Assembly (NCBI GenBank): GCA_965222115.1
Contig: CBDCTJ010000007.1
Location: 1,696,001 to 1,760,000 of the forward strand
Reading direction: 5' to 3'
Length of the DNA stretch: 64,000 nt
Source: Planctomycetota bacterium
GTDB lineage: Bacteria; Planctomycetota; PLA2; JAEUHO01
The position numbers were made by a program, and so were the translations under genes. Numbering within the stretch: the stretch's first letter is position 1; every line of letters starts with the position of its first letter. Positions 37,846-48,255 of this stretch are shown here, piece after piece. The notes below the pieces were generated by a model. That model worked only from the letters and a program-made list of their open reading frames with translations, made no database searches and was not told where the DNA came from.

Positions 37846-40728
37846 ATGCACGCGATTCGTACACATAAAAACGAACGTCATTCTCGCCTCGCGTGGCCAG
37901 CGAAACTTGCTGCCTTCGCAACGTTTTGCATCGCGTCGGTGAGTGTTTCCTCTTGCGGCGGGAGCGGTGGGAGCGGACCCGGTCCCGACGGCACCGGGCA
38001 AGGACTGGAGATCATCAAGTTTCATCAGGCCGGTCTGGACACCGTTGCTGCGAACCAAACGTTGCGCATCGATTTTTCCGAAGCCGTAAACCCTGCGACC
38101 GTTTTTTCGGGATCCTTCATCGTCAAAGAGGGCGGCACCTTTGGTTTGCAAGTGCCCGGCACGGTGATCGTGGACGGATCTACCATCTTCTTCGAACCCC
38201 AGTTGCCATCTTTATGTGATCTTTCCGACGCGGGATTCAAGCCCGGTACTGAGTATCGCGTTCTAATCACGGGGAATCCCGAAGAGTTCTCTGTCAAGAA
38301 CACGCGCGGACAGCCGTTGAGTCGCACAGCGACCTTTTCGTTCACCACGCGTGCCGAAGGTGGCATTCTTCCCGTCTTTCAAGATCAGATCGCGGGCGCG
38401 GCGCCCTTTGTCACGCAAGTCACCCCCGCCGATGGTGCTCAAGCGGTCACGGTTGCGGCCGGCAACCAAGTCGTGCTCGACGTATCAGAAAATTTGGATC
38501 CGTGTACCGTCACACCCAATAGCGTCATGTTGACCATGGTTGAGAACGGCGACGCCAATCTCGCGACGAATGTTGCTGCCCCCAATGGAAATAGTTCGGG
38601 ATTTTACGCCGGAACGGATACCAGCGACCAGGTACCGGGACCGTTGGGCGTCAGTACGTGGGGCGCCGATGCATCTACGCCGCGCTCTCCGGTGCAAGTA
38701 ATTTTGTCGCGTGTTGAGGTCGTCCAGTCGCAGGCGTCTACCCAGATCATCATTACGCCCGACTTCGGAAAGTTCCCGGAGAACTCGTTGCTGAACGTGA
38801 CGCTTACCGCCGCAATTCAGGACTTTGGTTCTCAGCCGCTGACCGCGTTTAGCGCCTCGTTTACAACCGAGAATTTGCCGACGCAGTCCGACTCATATGT
38901 GTTGGAGGCTGCCGGCGAAACGGCGTTTGACGACGGATTGACGTCTGCCGATGTCAATACAACGCGTTCACCGAGTTTGATTCAAGGCTACCTCTTGCTT
39001 ACCGGTGACGGCGACAACGGCCCGTACGCGCCCACCGATACCCTCGTGGATCCGGCGTATCCCAACTACGCCGCGGGCACCTGCACGGAAGTGCCGTCCG
39101 ATAACGCCAAGGACGACTTCAATCCCTCTGCAGACGTGATTCTGGATACGGGGGCCACACCAAATGCTTGCGTCAATGAAGCGGACGGCTCAACGGCCGT
39201 CGTGTGGCAGTTTCAGAACTTTACGATTCCCTCAGGCGTAACGGTTCGTATCGTCGGTGTCAATCCCGCCATCATCCATGTCCAAAATAGTGTGAGCATC
39301 TCAAGCTCGGGCGCCCTCTTAGTACGAGGCGATGGAATGGCAGGCGTCCAAAACTCCAATGGGATTCAGGGGCGCGCCCTCAACTCAAGCAGCCAAACGC
39401 CCGTTCCGGGTGTCATCGGCGGTAAGGGCCACGCCGGTGCGGGCGATGGCGGTGATAGCGCCAACTCCAAGGGCACAGGTTCTATTGGTCAGTACGGTCA
39501 GCACGGCGAGAGCGGCTTCGGCGCCGACACCACGTTGCCGCAAGACGGGCAGGGTGTGGTCGGCGGTCCCGGTGGAGGACACGGAAACGTTCGCAGTACC
39601 CATCCCAACAACAGCGGTACCCGAGCTACCGGTACAGGTGGTGGTGGTGGCGGGCACGCAGTGGTTGGCGGCGCAGGCGGTTCGGTGCCGGGAACAAGTG
39701 CAACGTTGGTCGCCGCAGCCGATGGTGCGGGCGGTTCGGTCTATGGCGACACCAATTCGACCATGCGCACGCCGCTCGCCGGCTCCGGTGGTGGCGCCGG
39801 CGGTGCCAATAGCGGTACCCATGGTTCGCAGTGGACTCAGACATCCGCTGGTAGTGGTGGTGCCGGCGGCGGGTTCGTAGACATTTCCACGTTGAGCGGC
39901 GACATTTCGATTTCGGGAACGATCGACGCGAGCGGTGGTCGTGGGGGGGCTGGCATTGGCAATACCAATCTCTCGGTCCCCTGGAATGGATCGGGCGGTG
40001 GTGGCGGCGGATCCGGGGGTGGGGTTCGGTTGCTTACGCCGAACAACATTATTCTTGCAGGTGCCACAATCACCACGGCGGGTGGCGCAGGTGGCGTCGG
40101 CTACGCGGGCACCGGTGCAACGCCCAACAACGCTGGCGCCGGTGGCAATGGCCGGATTGTGATGGAGGCAAACTCCATCATCGGACTCTCAGGTTCAACC
40201 GTGACGCCTACGCTTGGCGAAACCGGCTACTACAGTGGCCCATTTGATGGCTCACGCTTTGTGGGTGGTGGAACCCGTCCCTCAGCAACAACGGAACGCG
40301 TTCTCATGGGTCCCTTGGATCCAGACTATGCCGAGCCGATCGCCGCAGACTTCATATGTGGTGTTCCCGCTATTGCGTCAAATGGCCCCAGTAAGACATC
40401 CATCATGATTGAGGTACGCGGATTCCAACTGCTGCCGGACGGAACGGCGGAGAATCCCGCGCCCGAACCATTGTGGACAACCGTGGGCTATTTCACGGAC
40501 TCGGGCGCACCCAACTCACCCAACTGGATTCCGGGTGCCAATCCTCCCGTGGCCGACGTTGGCCCGCTCCCCCCCGACAACGACGGGTTGGCCGGCGGCA
40601 TGAACTCAGTAGACTTTGCCGAGTATCTGCAGATTCGCGTCACGTGTTTCTTGCCTATCACCATGCAGCCATTCGATGCTGGTTCGTTCCTCGATCGCTG
40701 GACGATTCGCTTCTCGTCGAACCTATAG
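37846..40728 (+). CDS. Large lipoprotein with Ig-like (Big_5/SbsA-type) domains and a Gly-rich domain, paralogue 1
   Basis: Lipobox VSSC-GGSGG; IDFSEAVNPAT and SFTT Ig-like patterns; poly-Gly runs. Confidence 0.85.
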   Translation: MHAIRTHKNERHSRLAWPAKLAAFATFCIASVSVSSCGGSGGSGPGPDGTGQGLEIIKFHQAGLDTVAANQTLRIDFSEAVNPATVFSGSFIVKEGGTFGLQVPGTVIVDGSTIFFEPQLPSLCDLSDAGFKPGTEYRVLITGNPEEFSVKNTRGQPLSRTATFSFTTRAEGGILPVFQDQIAGAAPFVTQVTPADGAQAVTVAAGNQVVLDVSENLDPCTVTPNSVMLTMVENGDANLATNVAAPNGNSSGFYAGTDTSDQVPGPLGVSTWGADASTPRSPVQVILSRVEVVQSQASTQIIITPDFGKFPENSLLNVTLTAAIQDFGSQPLTAFSASFTTENLPTQSDSYVLEAAGETAFDDGLTSADVNTTRSPSLIQGYLLLTGDGDNGPYAPTDTLVDPAYPNYAAGTCTEVPSDNAKDDFNPSADVILDTGATPNACVNEADGSTAVVWQFQNFTIPSGVTVRIVGVNPAIIHVQNSVSISSSGALLVRGDGMAGVQNSNGIQGRALNSSSQTPVPGVIGGKGHAGAGDGGDSANSKGTGSIGQYGQHGESGFGADTTLPQDGQGVVGGPGGGHGNVRSTHPNNSGTRATGTGGGGGGHAVVGGAGGSVPGTSATLVAAADGAGGSVYGDTNSTMRTPLAGSGGGAGGANSGTHGSQWTQTSAGSGGAGGGFVDISTLSGDISISGTIDASGGRGGAGIGNTNLSVPWNGSGGGGGGSGGGVRLLTPNNIILAGATITTAGGAGGVGYAGTGATPNNAGAGGNGRIVMEANSIIGLSGSTVTPTLGETGYYSGPFDGSRFVGGGTRPSATTERVLMGPLDPDYAEPIAADFICGVPAIASNGPSKTSIMIEVRGFQLLPDGTAENPAPEPLWTTVGYFTDSGAPNSPNWIPGANPPVADVGPLPPDNDGLAGGMNSVDFAEYLQIRVTCFLPITMQPFDAGSFLDRWTIRFSSNL

Positions 40729-41058
40729 CCCTATCCCATTGCCCATTTATTTCGGCGTCCGAAGCGTCTCCCAGCACATCGGAGTTTAGCCTGGGCGGCC
40801 TGCCTCGCGCTGTGAGCGAAGATGCACTGAAACGTGTGCGAATCGCGCCGACTGAGTGCCGGGCTCGATGAGCCGAGTCTCGATTCAGGGAGCGGCGGGC
40901 TTCAGCGATGGACTCGCAAAGGGCGATTTGGAGGCAATTAGGCGACGTGAATTGGCCCCGAGACCCCTTCTCATTCGTGGAGGTACACGCTTTGCGCCCT
41001 ATCCTGCTGGTCCAGCATGGTCATGGCGTCACGACGGCGTCGTTTCAGGAGGCTCCGT

Positions 41059-43935
41059 ATGCTGCTCTCAACTACGCACCGATCCCTTCGAATCCGCAAG
41101 ACGTTTTCCTTTGTAGTTGCATGCGCCTTCTCGCTGAGTGCATTAAGTGTGCTTGCAGCCTGTGGCAGTGGAGGCAGCGGTCCAGGTCCCGATGGCACCG
41201 GTCAAGGCCTCGAAATCGTGAAGTTTCACCAAAACGGTCTCGATACGGTTGCTGCCAATCAGACGTTGCGCATCGACTTTTCGGAACCCGTTGATCCGTC
41301 TACCGTGTTTTCGGGTTCGTTTGTCGTAAAAGAGGGGAGCACGTTTGGCCTTCAGGTCGCGGGCACGACGTATGTCGATGGGTCCTCCATTTACTTCGAG
41401 CCACAGTTGCCTTCTCGCTGCGATCTGACCGACGCCGGGTTCAAGCCGGGCACGACGTACCGTGTGCTGATCACAGGTCATCCCGAAGAGTTTGCCGTGA
41501 AGAACACGCGTGGCCAGCCGTTGAGTGCCACGAAGAATTATTCGTTTACAACGCGTGCCGAAGGTGGGGTGCTTCCTGTATTCCAGGATCAAATCGCAGG
41601 TGCTGCGCCCGTCGTTACTCAGATTACACCGGCCGATGGATCCGAAGCAGTGACCGTCGCTACAGGAAATCAGATCATTCTCGACATCTCCGAAAACTTG
41701 GACCCCTGCACCGTCACGACCGACTCCGTCATGTTGACTATGGTTGAGAATGGCGACCCAAATCTCGGCTCGAACGTATTGGCGCCCAATGGCAATCAAT
41801 CCGGCTTTTACGCTGGTACTGATACAAGTGACCAAGTACCGGGTCCGTTGGGAGTACAGACGTGGGGTGCCGACGCCTCGACGACCCGCACACCTGCGCA
41901 GTTGATTCTGGCGAGCGTGGAAGTGGTTCAATCCCAAGCGTCGACGCAAATCGTCATTACGCCCGATTTCGGAAAATTTCCCGAGAACTCGCTGCTCAAC
42001 GTCTCGCTCACGGCGGCGATTCAGGATTTTGGTGCGCAACCGCTAACGGCATTTAGCGCTTCATTCACAACCGAGAATCTTCCTTCGCAAACCGACACGT
42101 ATGTACTGGACGCCGCCGGCGAAACAGCGTTCGATGACGCACTTAGCACCGCCGATGTGAACACAAGCCGTTCGCCCAGTCTTATTCAAGGCTTCCTTCT
42201 GCTCACGGGTGATGGCGACAACGGCCCCTATGCGCCCACCGACACGGTGGTGGACCCTGCCTATCCAAATTATGGGGCTGGGACATGCGCGGAGGTGCCA
42301 TCGGATAACACGAAGGACGACTTCATGCCGTCGGCAGATGTGATTCTCGATACGGGTGCTACGTTCAATCTTTGCACCAACGAAGCGGACGGATCTACCG
42401 CTGTCGTGTGGCAGTTCCAGAATTTCACAATCCCTTCGGGCATTACGGTGCGCATCATTGGCGTAAACCCAGCAATCATCCACGTTCAGGGCGATGTAAA
42501 CATCTCTAGTGGCGGTACCCTATTGGCAAAGGGCGATGGTGTTGGCGGGACGCAATCTGCGAACGGTCGGCAAGGCCGAAACGGCAACTCGAGCAGCTCG
42601 ACTCCCATCCCGGGAGTGACCGGCGGGGCAGGGGCCGCCGGCGGGGGTGACGGCGGTGATAGCGCGAATTCAAAGGGCACCGGCTCGATCGGTTTGACGG
42701 GGCAGCACGGTTCATCGGGCTTTGGAAGCGATGACACGCTGGCCCAGTCTGGTCAGGGCATCGTTGGCGGTGTCGGCGGCGGGCACGGCAACATTCAGTT
42801 GAAGCACACGTCGAGCAGCGCAAATCGTGCGACGGGTACGGGTGGCGGAGGCGGCGGTCACGCCGCCGTTGGTGGAACGGGTGGCGCTGTTCCGGGCACG
42901 GGCGGAACACTCTCGGGTGCCGCGGATGGCGCCGGCGGAGCCAAGTACGGGGATACCAATGCGACGATGCGAACGCCAATAGCGGGCGCAGGCGGAGGCG
43001 CCGGCGGCGCTTCGAGCGGATCTACGAGCACATCACAGTGGGTGAACGCGTCTGCAGGAAGTGGCGGCGCGGGCGGCGGGTTCGTAGACATCTCGACGTT
43101 GAACGGTGACATCGCGATTTCTGGATCGATCGATGCAAGCGGTGGCCGTGGCGGCGCAGGCACTGGCAACGCCAACGTTACTCCGGCTTGGAACGGCTCG
43201 GGCGCTGGTGGTGGCGGATCGGGTGGTGGCATTCGACTCTTGACACCCAACAACATCATTCTGGCCGGTGCTACAGTGACCACAGCAGGTGGAGCTGGCG
43301 GAACCGGCTACGCAGGCGCTGGGGCCACGCCCAACCTCGGCGGCACGGGTAGTGTGGGTCGCATTGTCATGGAAGCGGAGTCCATCATCGGACTTGCCGA
43401 TTCGACGGTGGTACCCACGCTGGGCGAAGACGGCTTTTATAGCGGTCCGTTTGATGGAACTCGATTCGTCGGCGGTGGAACGCGTCCCTCAGCCACGACA
43501 GAACGTGTGCTGATGGGGCCCCTAGATCCTGACTACATGGAACCCGTTGCCGGTGACTTCCTCGCGGGCATCCCTGCGGCAGCGACCAACGGCCCAAGTA
43601 AGACTGCAATCATGATTGAGGTGCGAGGGTTCCAGCTATTGCCCGATGGTACCGCCGACAATCCGTCACCGGAGCCCATGTGGACCACGGTGGGATATTT
43701 CACCGATTCTGGTGCACCAAACTCACCGAATTGGATCCCAGGTGCGAATCCCCCGCTCGCAGACATTGGCGTGCTTCCTGCAGATAACGACGGCCTAGCC
43801 GGTGGTATGAATTCGGTAGATTTCGCTGAATACCTCCAGCTCCGCGTGACCTGCTACTTGCCAATCGGTATGGAGCCCTTTGATCCGGGCTCGTTCCTCG
43901 ATCGCTGGACCATTCGATTCACGTCGAATTTGTAG
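41059..43935 (+). CDS. Large Ig-like/Gly-rich lipoprotein, paralogue 2
   Basis: AGGAGG RBS before ATG 41059; lipobox LAAC; colinear with paralogue 1 end to end. Confidence 0.85.
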   Translation: MLLSTTHRSLRIRKTFSFVVACAFSLSALSVLAACGSGGSGPGPDGTGQGLEIVKFHQNGLDTVAANQTLRIDFSEPVDPSTVFSGSFVVKEGSTFGLQVAGTTYVDGSSIYFEPQLPSRCDLTDAGFKPGTTYRVLITGHPEEFAVKNTRGQPLSATKNYSFTTRAEGGVLPVFQDQIAGAAPVVTQITPADGSEAVTVATGNQIILDISENLDPCTVTTDSVMLTMVENGDPNLGSNVLAPNGNQSGFYAGTDTSDQVPGPLGVQTWGADASTTRTPAQLILASVEVVQSQASTQIVITPDFGKFPENSLLNVSLTAAIQDFGAQPLTAFSASFTTENLPSQTDTYVLDAAGETAFDDALSTADVNTSRSPSLIQGFLLLTGDGDNGPYAPTDTVVDPAYPNYGAGTCAEVPSDNTKDDFMPSADVILDTGATFNLCTNEADGSTAVVWQFQNFTIPSGITVRIIGVNPAIIHVQGDVNISSGGTLLAKGDGVGGTQSANGRQGRNGNSSSSTPIPGVTGGAGAAGGGDGGDSANSKGTGSIGLTGQHGSSGFGSDDTLAQSGQGIVGGVGGGHGNIQLKHTSSSANRATGTGGGGGGHAAVGGTGGAVPGTGGTLSGAADGAGGAKYGDTNATMRTPIAGAGGGAGGASSGSTSTSQWVNASAGSGGAGGGFVDISTLNGDIAISGSIDASGGRGGAGTGNANVTPAWNGSGAGGGGSGGGIRLLTPNNIILAGATVTTAGGAGGTGYAGAGATPNLGGTGSVGRIVMEAESIIGLADSTVVPTLGEDGFYSGPFDGTRFVGGGTRPSATTERVLMGPLDPDYMEPVAGDFLAGIPAAATNGPSKTAIMIEVRGFQLLPDGTADNPSPEPMWTTVGYFTDSGAPNSPNWIPGANPPLADIGVLPADNDGLAGGMNSVDFAEYLQLRVTCYLPIGMEPFDPGSFLDRWTIRFTSNL

Positions 43936-44147
43936 CCCGCGCGGAAGTCTTGGAGCGCTCCTGGAGGGCGTTTGTTAGGTTGTTCTTGTTGTGCGAAGCC
44001 GCACAAGTGCCCGCGCGACTCGAATCGGTCTCGTCGCGCGGGATCGCGCACCTCCACGAACGGAGCTTTGGGGTCGAAGGACCGCGTCTGGGCAAGAATA
44101 TGGGGCTTTCCGCCTGAGTCGACTCCAGGCGAAGGGAGCTTCTCCAC

Positions 44148-44156
44148 TGCTATACT
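44148..44156 (+). promoter_or_regulatory. Putative extended -10 promoter for paralogue 3
   Basis: TGcTATACT about 100 bp upstream of the start. Confidence 0.35.
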
Positions 44157-44255
44157 CCTGGTACGCCCTTTGCGGTTTCGCATGCGTATCACCTTCTCAT
44201 TCGCGCCGATCCCACGCTTTCGATCCGGCCAGCGATGAGGCATTCGGAGTCATTC

Positions 44256-47120
44256 ATGTCCCTGAGTACCAGTCGATTTACGCGGATTCGTACCGCGCTC
44301 ATGGTGTGTGCCGTCCTGTCCCTAGGAATACTGTCCCTAGGAATGCTGACGGCCTGTGGAAGTGGCGGAAGCGGTCCCGGTCCTGATGGCACCGGCCAAG
44401 GCTTGGAGCTAGTTAAGTTTCACCAAGACGGCATCGACACCGTTGCGGGCAACACCATCCTTCGCGTCGATTTTTCCGAGCCCATCGATCCCAATACGGT
44501 GTTCTCGGGCTCCTTTGTCGTGAAAGAGGGTAGCTCCTTTGGGTTGCAAGTCCCGGGCACCACGTACGTCGTTGGTTCTTCGATTTTCTTCGAGCCCCAA
44601 CTGCCGTCGAATTGCGATCTCAGCGACGCCGGCTTCAAGCCCGGTACCGACTACCGAATTCTGATTACGGGTCATCCGGAAGAGTTTGCGGTGAAAAACA
44701 CGCGCGGCCAGCCCCTGAGCCGCACGTTGAACATGGGCTTTACTACGCGCCCCGAAGGTGGCGTTTTGCCCGTGTTCGAAGATCAGATTGCAGGCGTTGG
44801 GCCCACAGTGACCGCAATGACGCCTGTCGATGGCGCACAGGCCGTGAGTGTTGCAACGGGTAACCAGATCGTTCTGGATATCTCGGAAAACTTGGACCCC
44901 TGCACCGTCACGACCGACTCCGTAATCTTGACCATGGTCGAGACCGGCGACTCAAACCTGGCCAGCAACGTTCAGGCGCCCAATGGCAACCAATCAGGTT
45001 TTTATGTGGGTACAGACACCAGCGATCAGGTGCCCGGTCCCACAGGCGTAAACACGTGGGGCGCCAGCGCCTCTGTTCCTGTTACGCCATCACAGGTCAT
45101 CAACGCCGACGTACAGATTGTGCAGTCTCAGGCGTCAACACAGATCGTAGTAACGCCCACTTTCGGGAAGTTTCCTGAGAACGCACTCCTTGTGGTGCAG
45201 TTGACCGCGGCGATCCAGGACTTTGGCGGGCTTCCGCTCACGGCCTACAACGGTTCGTTCACTACAGAAAATCTCCCGATGCAGTCCAATACCTATGTCA
45301 TGGAAGCCGATGGAGAGACGCCGTTTGACGAAGAGCTAACAACCTCGGATGTCGATACGGAGCGTGCCAACAGCCGCATTCAAGGGTATTTGCTGCTGAC
45401 CGGGGATGGCGACAACGGACCCTTTGCGCCCACAGATACCGTCATTCCCCCATCCTATCCCAATGGCGTATCGTGTACCGACGTGCCCAACGATAACTCG
45501 AAAGATGACTTCAACCCATCCGGGGACGTCATTCTAGATACTGGATCTACGATCAACGCCTGTGTAAACAACGTTGACGGTTCGACCGCCGTTGTATGGC
45601 GCTTCCAGAATTTCACGATTCCATCTGGCGTTACGGTGCGCATTGTTGGCGTGAATCCCGCCATCATACACGTGCAAAATGACGTCAACATCGCTGCCAC
45701 AGCCCGGTTGTTGGTTCGCGGTGACTCCGGCAGTCCGTTCAATTCCGACGGTCGCTCGGGACGCTACCTCAATACCACAAACTCATCGCCTACGCCGGGT
45801 GTGACGGGCGGCATCGGTGTCGCGGGCGCCGGCGATGGCGGCGATAGCTCAAACGCGAACGGTTCGGGCCCGCTTGGCAACTACGGTCAGAGTGGTTCGA
45901 GTGGTTATGGTTCAGACGACACGTTGCCCAACATGGGGCAAAATGTTTTGGACGGCCCCGGTGCCGGTCAAGGCAATGTGCGTGTTACATATTCTTCCAG
46001 CGGCAATCGACCTACGACGGGAACATCCGGTGGCGGCGGTGGTCACGCCGAAGTCGGCACTTCCGGAACATCCGGCACGGATCTCGGTACGCTCGCTGGA
46101 GCTGCGGATGGCGCCGGAGGAAGTTCGTACGGTGATACCAACGCAACGCTTCGCACGCCCATAGCAGGTGCAGGCGGGGGTGGTGGTGGTTCCGTTGACT
46201 ACACTTCAACGTCGTACCAGTGGTACGACACCACGGGCGGCAGTGGGGGCGCCGGCGGTGGGTTTGTCGACATCACAACACAAAACGGCGATATCAATAT
46301 TGCTGGAACCATCGATGCTGCGGGTGGCAGGGGCGGAAGTGGCGCCGCCATGACTCGCTACATACCCAATTGGCAAGGCTCGGGTGCTGGTGGCGGTGGA
46401 TCGGGTGGTGGCATCCGGCTTCTCACACCCAACAACATCGTATTGATTGCAGCCACCGTTACAGCCGCGGGCGGAGCCGGTGGTGCGGGCGCAACCGGTG
46501 CTGGTGGAACGGCCAACAACGGTGGCGCGGGCAGCAACGGTCGCATCGTTATGGAGGCCGATTCAATCACTGGCATCGCGGGTTCTACGGTGTCGCCCAC
46601 GCTTGGCGATGCGGGCTTCTACAGTGGCCCCTTCGATGGTTCGCGCTTCGTTGGTGGTGGAACCACGCCGGGCGCCACGAGTGGATTGATTCAAGTGGGG
46701 CCCATGAAACCCACCTATCTCGAACCGGTCGCAGCGGATTTCACTGTCGGTGTACCTGCTGGCGCCTCAAATGGACCTGGCAAGACCTGCATGTTGCTTG
46801 AGGTACGCGGCTATGAAATGAAGCCCGACGGCACGGCTGACAAACCGGCGATTGAACCCATGTGGACCACGGTGGGTTACTTCACCGATTCGGGGAATCC
46901 GACCAGTCCCAACTGGATCCCGCTAGCGAATCCTCCACTGGCCGATATCGGTGGCGCAATGCCCGCAGACAACGATGGCCTTATTGGTGGCATGGCGTCG
47001 CTATTCGAAATGGAGTTCGTACAGTTCCGTCTTACGTGCTATTTGCCCTCCTCCATGGGGCCCTTTGATCCCGGTCCCTACATGGACCGCTGGAACATTC
47101 GATTCACGTCGGATCAATAG
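44256..47120 (+). CDS. Large Ig-like/Gly-rich lipoprotein, paralogue 3
   Basis: GGAG RBS before ATG 44256; lipobox LTAC; colinear with paralogues 1 and 2 but the most diverged. Confidence 0.85.
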   Translation: MSLSTSRFTRIRTALMVCAVLSLGILSLGMLTACGSGGSGPGPDGTGQGLELVKFHQDGIDTVAGNTILRVDFSEPIDPNTVFSGSFVVKEGSSFGLQVPGTTYVVGSSIFFEPQLPSNCDLSDAGFKPGTDYRILITGHPEEFAVKNTRGQPLSRTLNMGFTTRPEGGVLPVFEDQIAGVGPTVTAMTPVDGAQAVSVATGNQIVLDISENLDPCTVTTDSVILTMVETGDSNLASNVQAPNGNQSGFYVGTDTSDQVPGPTGVNTWGASASVPVTPSQVINADVQIVQSQASTQIVVTPTFGKFPENALLVVQLTAAIQDFGGLPLTAYNGSFTTENLPMQSNTYVMEADGETPFDEELTTSDVDTERANSRIQGYLLLTGDGDNGPFAPTDTVIPPSYPNGVSCTDVPNDNSKDDFNPSGDVILDTGSTINACVNNVDGSTAVVWRFQNFTIPSGVTVRIVGVNPAIIHVQNDVNIAATARLLVRGDSGSPFNSDGRSGRYLNTTNSSPTPGVTGGIGVAGAGDGGDSSNANGSGPLGNYGQSGSSGYGSDDTLPNMGQNVLDGPGAGQGNVRVTYSSSGNRPTTGTSGGGGGHAEVGTSGTSGTDLGTLAGAADGAGGSSYGDTNATLRTPIAGAGGGGGGSVDYTSTSYQWYDTTGGSGGAGGGFVDITTQNGDINIAGTIDAAGGRGGSGAAMTRYIPNWQGSGAGGGGSGGGIRLLTPNNIVLIAATVTAAGGAGGAGATGAGGTANNGGAGSNGRIVMEADSITGIAGSTVSPTLGDAGFYSGPFDGSRFVGGGTTPGATSGLIQVGPMKPTYLEPVAADFTVGVPAGASNGPGKTCMLLEVRGYEMKPDGTADKPAIEPMWTTVGYFTDSGNPTSPNWIPLANPPLADIGGAMPADNDGLIGGMASLFEMEFVQFRLTCYLPSSMGPFDPGPYMDRWNIRFTSDQ

Positions 47121-47181
47121 ACGCGAATCGGTAGATAAGATGGGTTGAGCGCGGTTACTCGCGCCCCCTGTCCATTGCCTG

Positions 47182-47218
47182 AAGCGGGCCGAGAACTCTC
47201 GGCCCGCTTTCGCTTTTT
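47182..47218 (+). terminator. Intrinsic terminator after the lipoprotein array
   Basis: AAGCGGGCCGAG-aact-CTCGGCCCGCTT 12-bp perfect stem followed by TCGCTTTTT. Confidence 0.8.
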
Positions 47219-47279
47219 GGACGAAAGCCATGTGGACGGCTAGCGATGATTGGTGCCGAGCGATCTAAAATCGTGGCGC

Positions 47280-48182
47280 ATGGCCGATCCGAACCATTCC
47301 CAATCGAATCATTCCCAGCCGATCATGACGGCGGGCAAGGCACCCGACACCATTGAAGAAGCGGAGCGTGCGCTCGTAGACGTCTTGGACTCGTACCGGG
47401 AGCGTTCCTCAAAGGCGTTGGTGGCGATCTCGGGTGGTGCCGACAGCGCATTGTTGCTGCATATGGTTGCCGAGATCTGGGGACCTGAGCAGTGTCTTGC
47501 GGTAACGAGTCGATCGGAGAGTCTGCCCATCGAGGAACTCGAAGACGCGCAAGCACAGGCGCAGGCACTCGGCGTACGTCATCTCGTCCTTGCTGGAACC
47601 GAAACGCAGATCGAGGCGTTTCGGCGCAACGATGTCGATCGTTGTTTTCATTGCAAGTGGCATTTGTATGGCGAGGCCGTAGGCGTCGCGGGAATACATG
47701 GCATTGATCTCGTCATGGATGGGACCAATGCGGACGACGGTGGCGAAGGGGATCATCGGCCTGGAATGAGCGCGGCCAACAAACGCGGCGTTGTTTCGCC
47801 GCTTCGCGAGGCCGGCATCACAAAGGTCTGGGTACGCGCGATATCAAAGGCGCGCGGCCTTTCGACGTGGGACAAACCGGCCGAGGCGTGCCTGTCGAGC
47901 CGCTTTCCCTACGGGACACGGGTCACAGAAGAGGGACTCACTCGCGTGTATCGTGCGGAGCGCGTATTGCGCGATCTCGGATTTCGAACCGTGCGCGTTC
48001 GTGTGCACGACCCGATTGCGCGCATCGAATTGGGGCGCGAGGAACTCGCCGCGGCGCTCGGCCCGGGGGTTCGAACCCGCATTGTTGAGGGATTGAAGGC
48101 GCAGGGGTTCGAATTCGTCACGCTGGACCTTGAGGGATTTCGCAGCGGGAGCCTCAACCGCCCGGAAGACCCCGCTTTGTAG
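47280..48182 (+). CDS. larE: LarE-family PP-loop sulfur transferase (TIGR00268-like)
   Basis: SGGADS PP-loop, RCFHCK, DGTNADD, HRPG, WDKPAEACLSSRFPYG, VRVRVH, TLDLEGFRSGSLN. Start uncertain (47280 or 47325). Confidence 0.9.
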   Translation: MADPNHSQSNHSQPIMTAGKAPDTIEEAERALVDVLDSYRERSSKALVAISGGADSALLLHMVAEIWGPEQCLAVTSRSESLPIEELEDAQAQAQALGVRHLVLAGTETQIEAFRRNDVDRCFHCKWHLYGEAVGVAGIHGIDLVMDGTNADDGGEGDHRPGMSAANKRGVVSPLREAGITKVWVRAISKARGLSTWDKPAEACLSSRFPYGTRVTEEGLTRVYRAERVLRDLGFRTVRVRVHDPIARIELGREELAAALGPGVRTRIVEGLKAQGFEFVTLDLEGFRSGSLNRPEDPAL

Positions 48183-48255
48183 CGCGCTTGGCCCTTCGGC
48201 GCGCCATGTGACCGCGAATCCGTTCGCGCCGCGCCCGCGCGGCTATGATGGCGCC

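Noticed and set aside
37846-47120. Diversity-generating retroelement or PE-PGRS/collagen explanation for the paralogues
   Set aside because: No reverse transcriptase or template repeat, and differences are not adenine-specific. There is no PE domain and no sustained Gly-X-Y triplet pattern.
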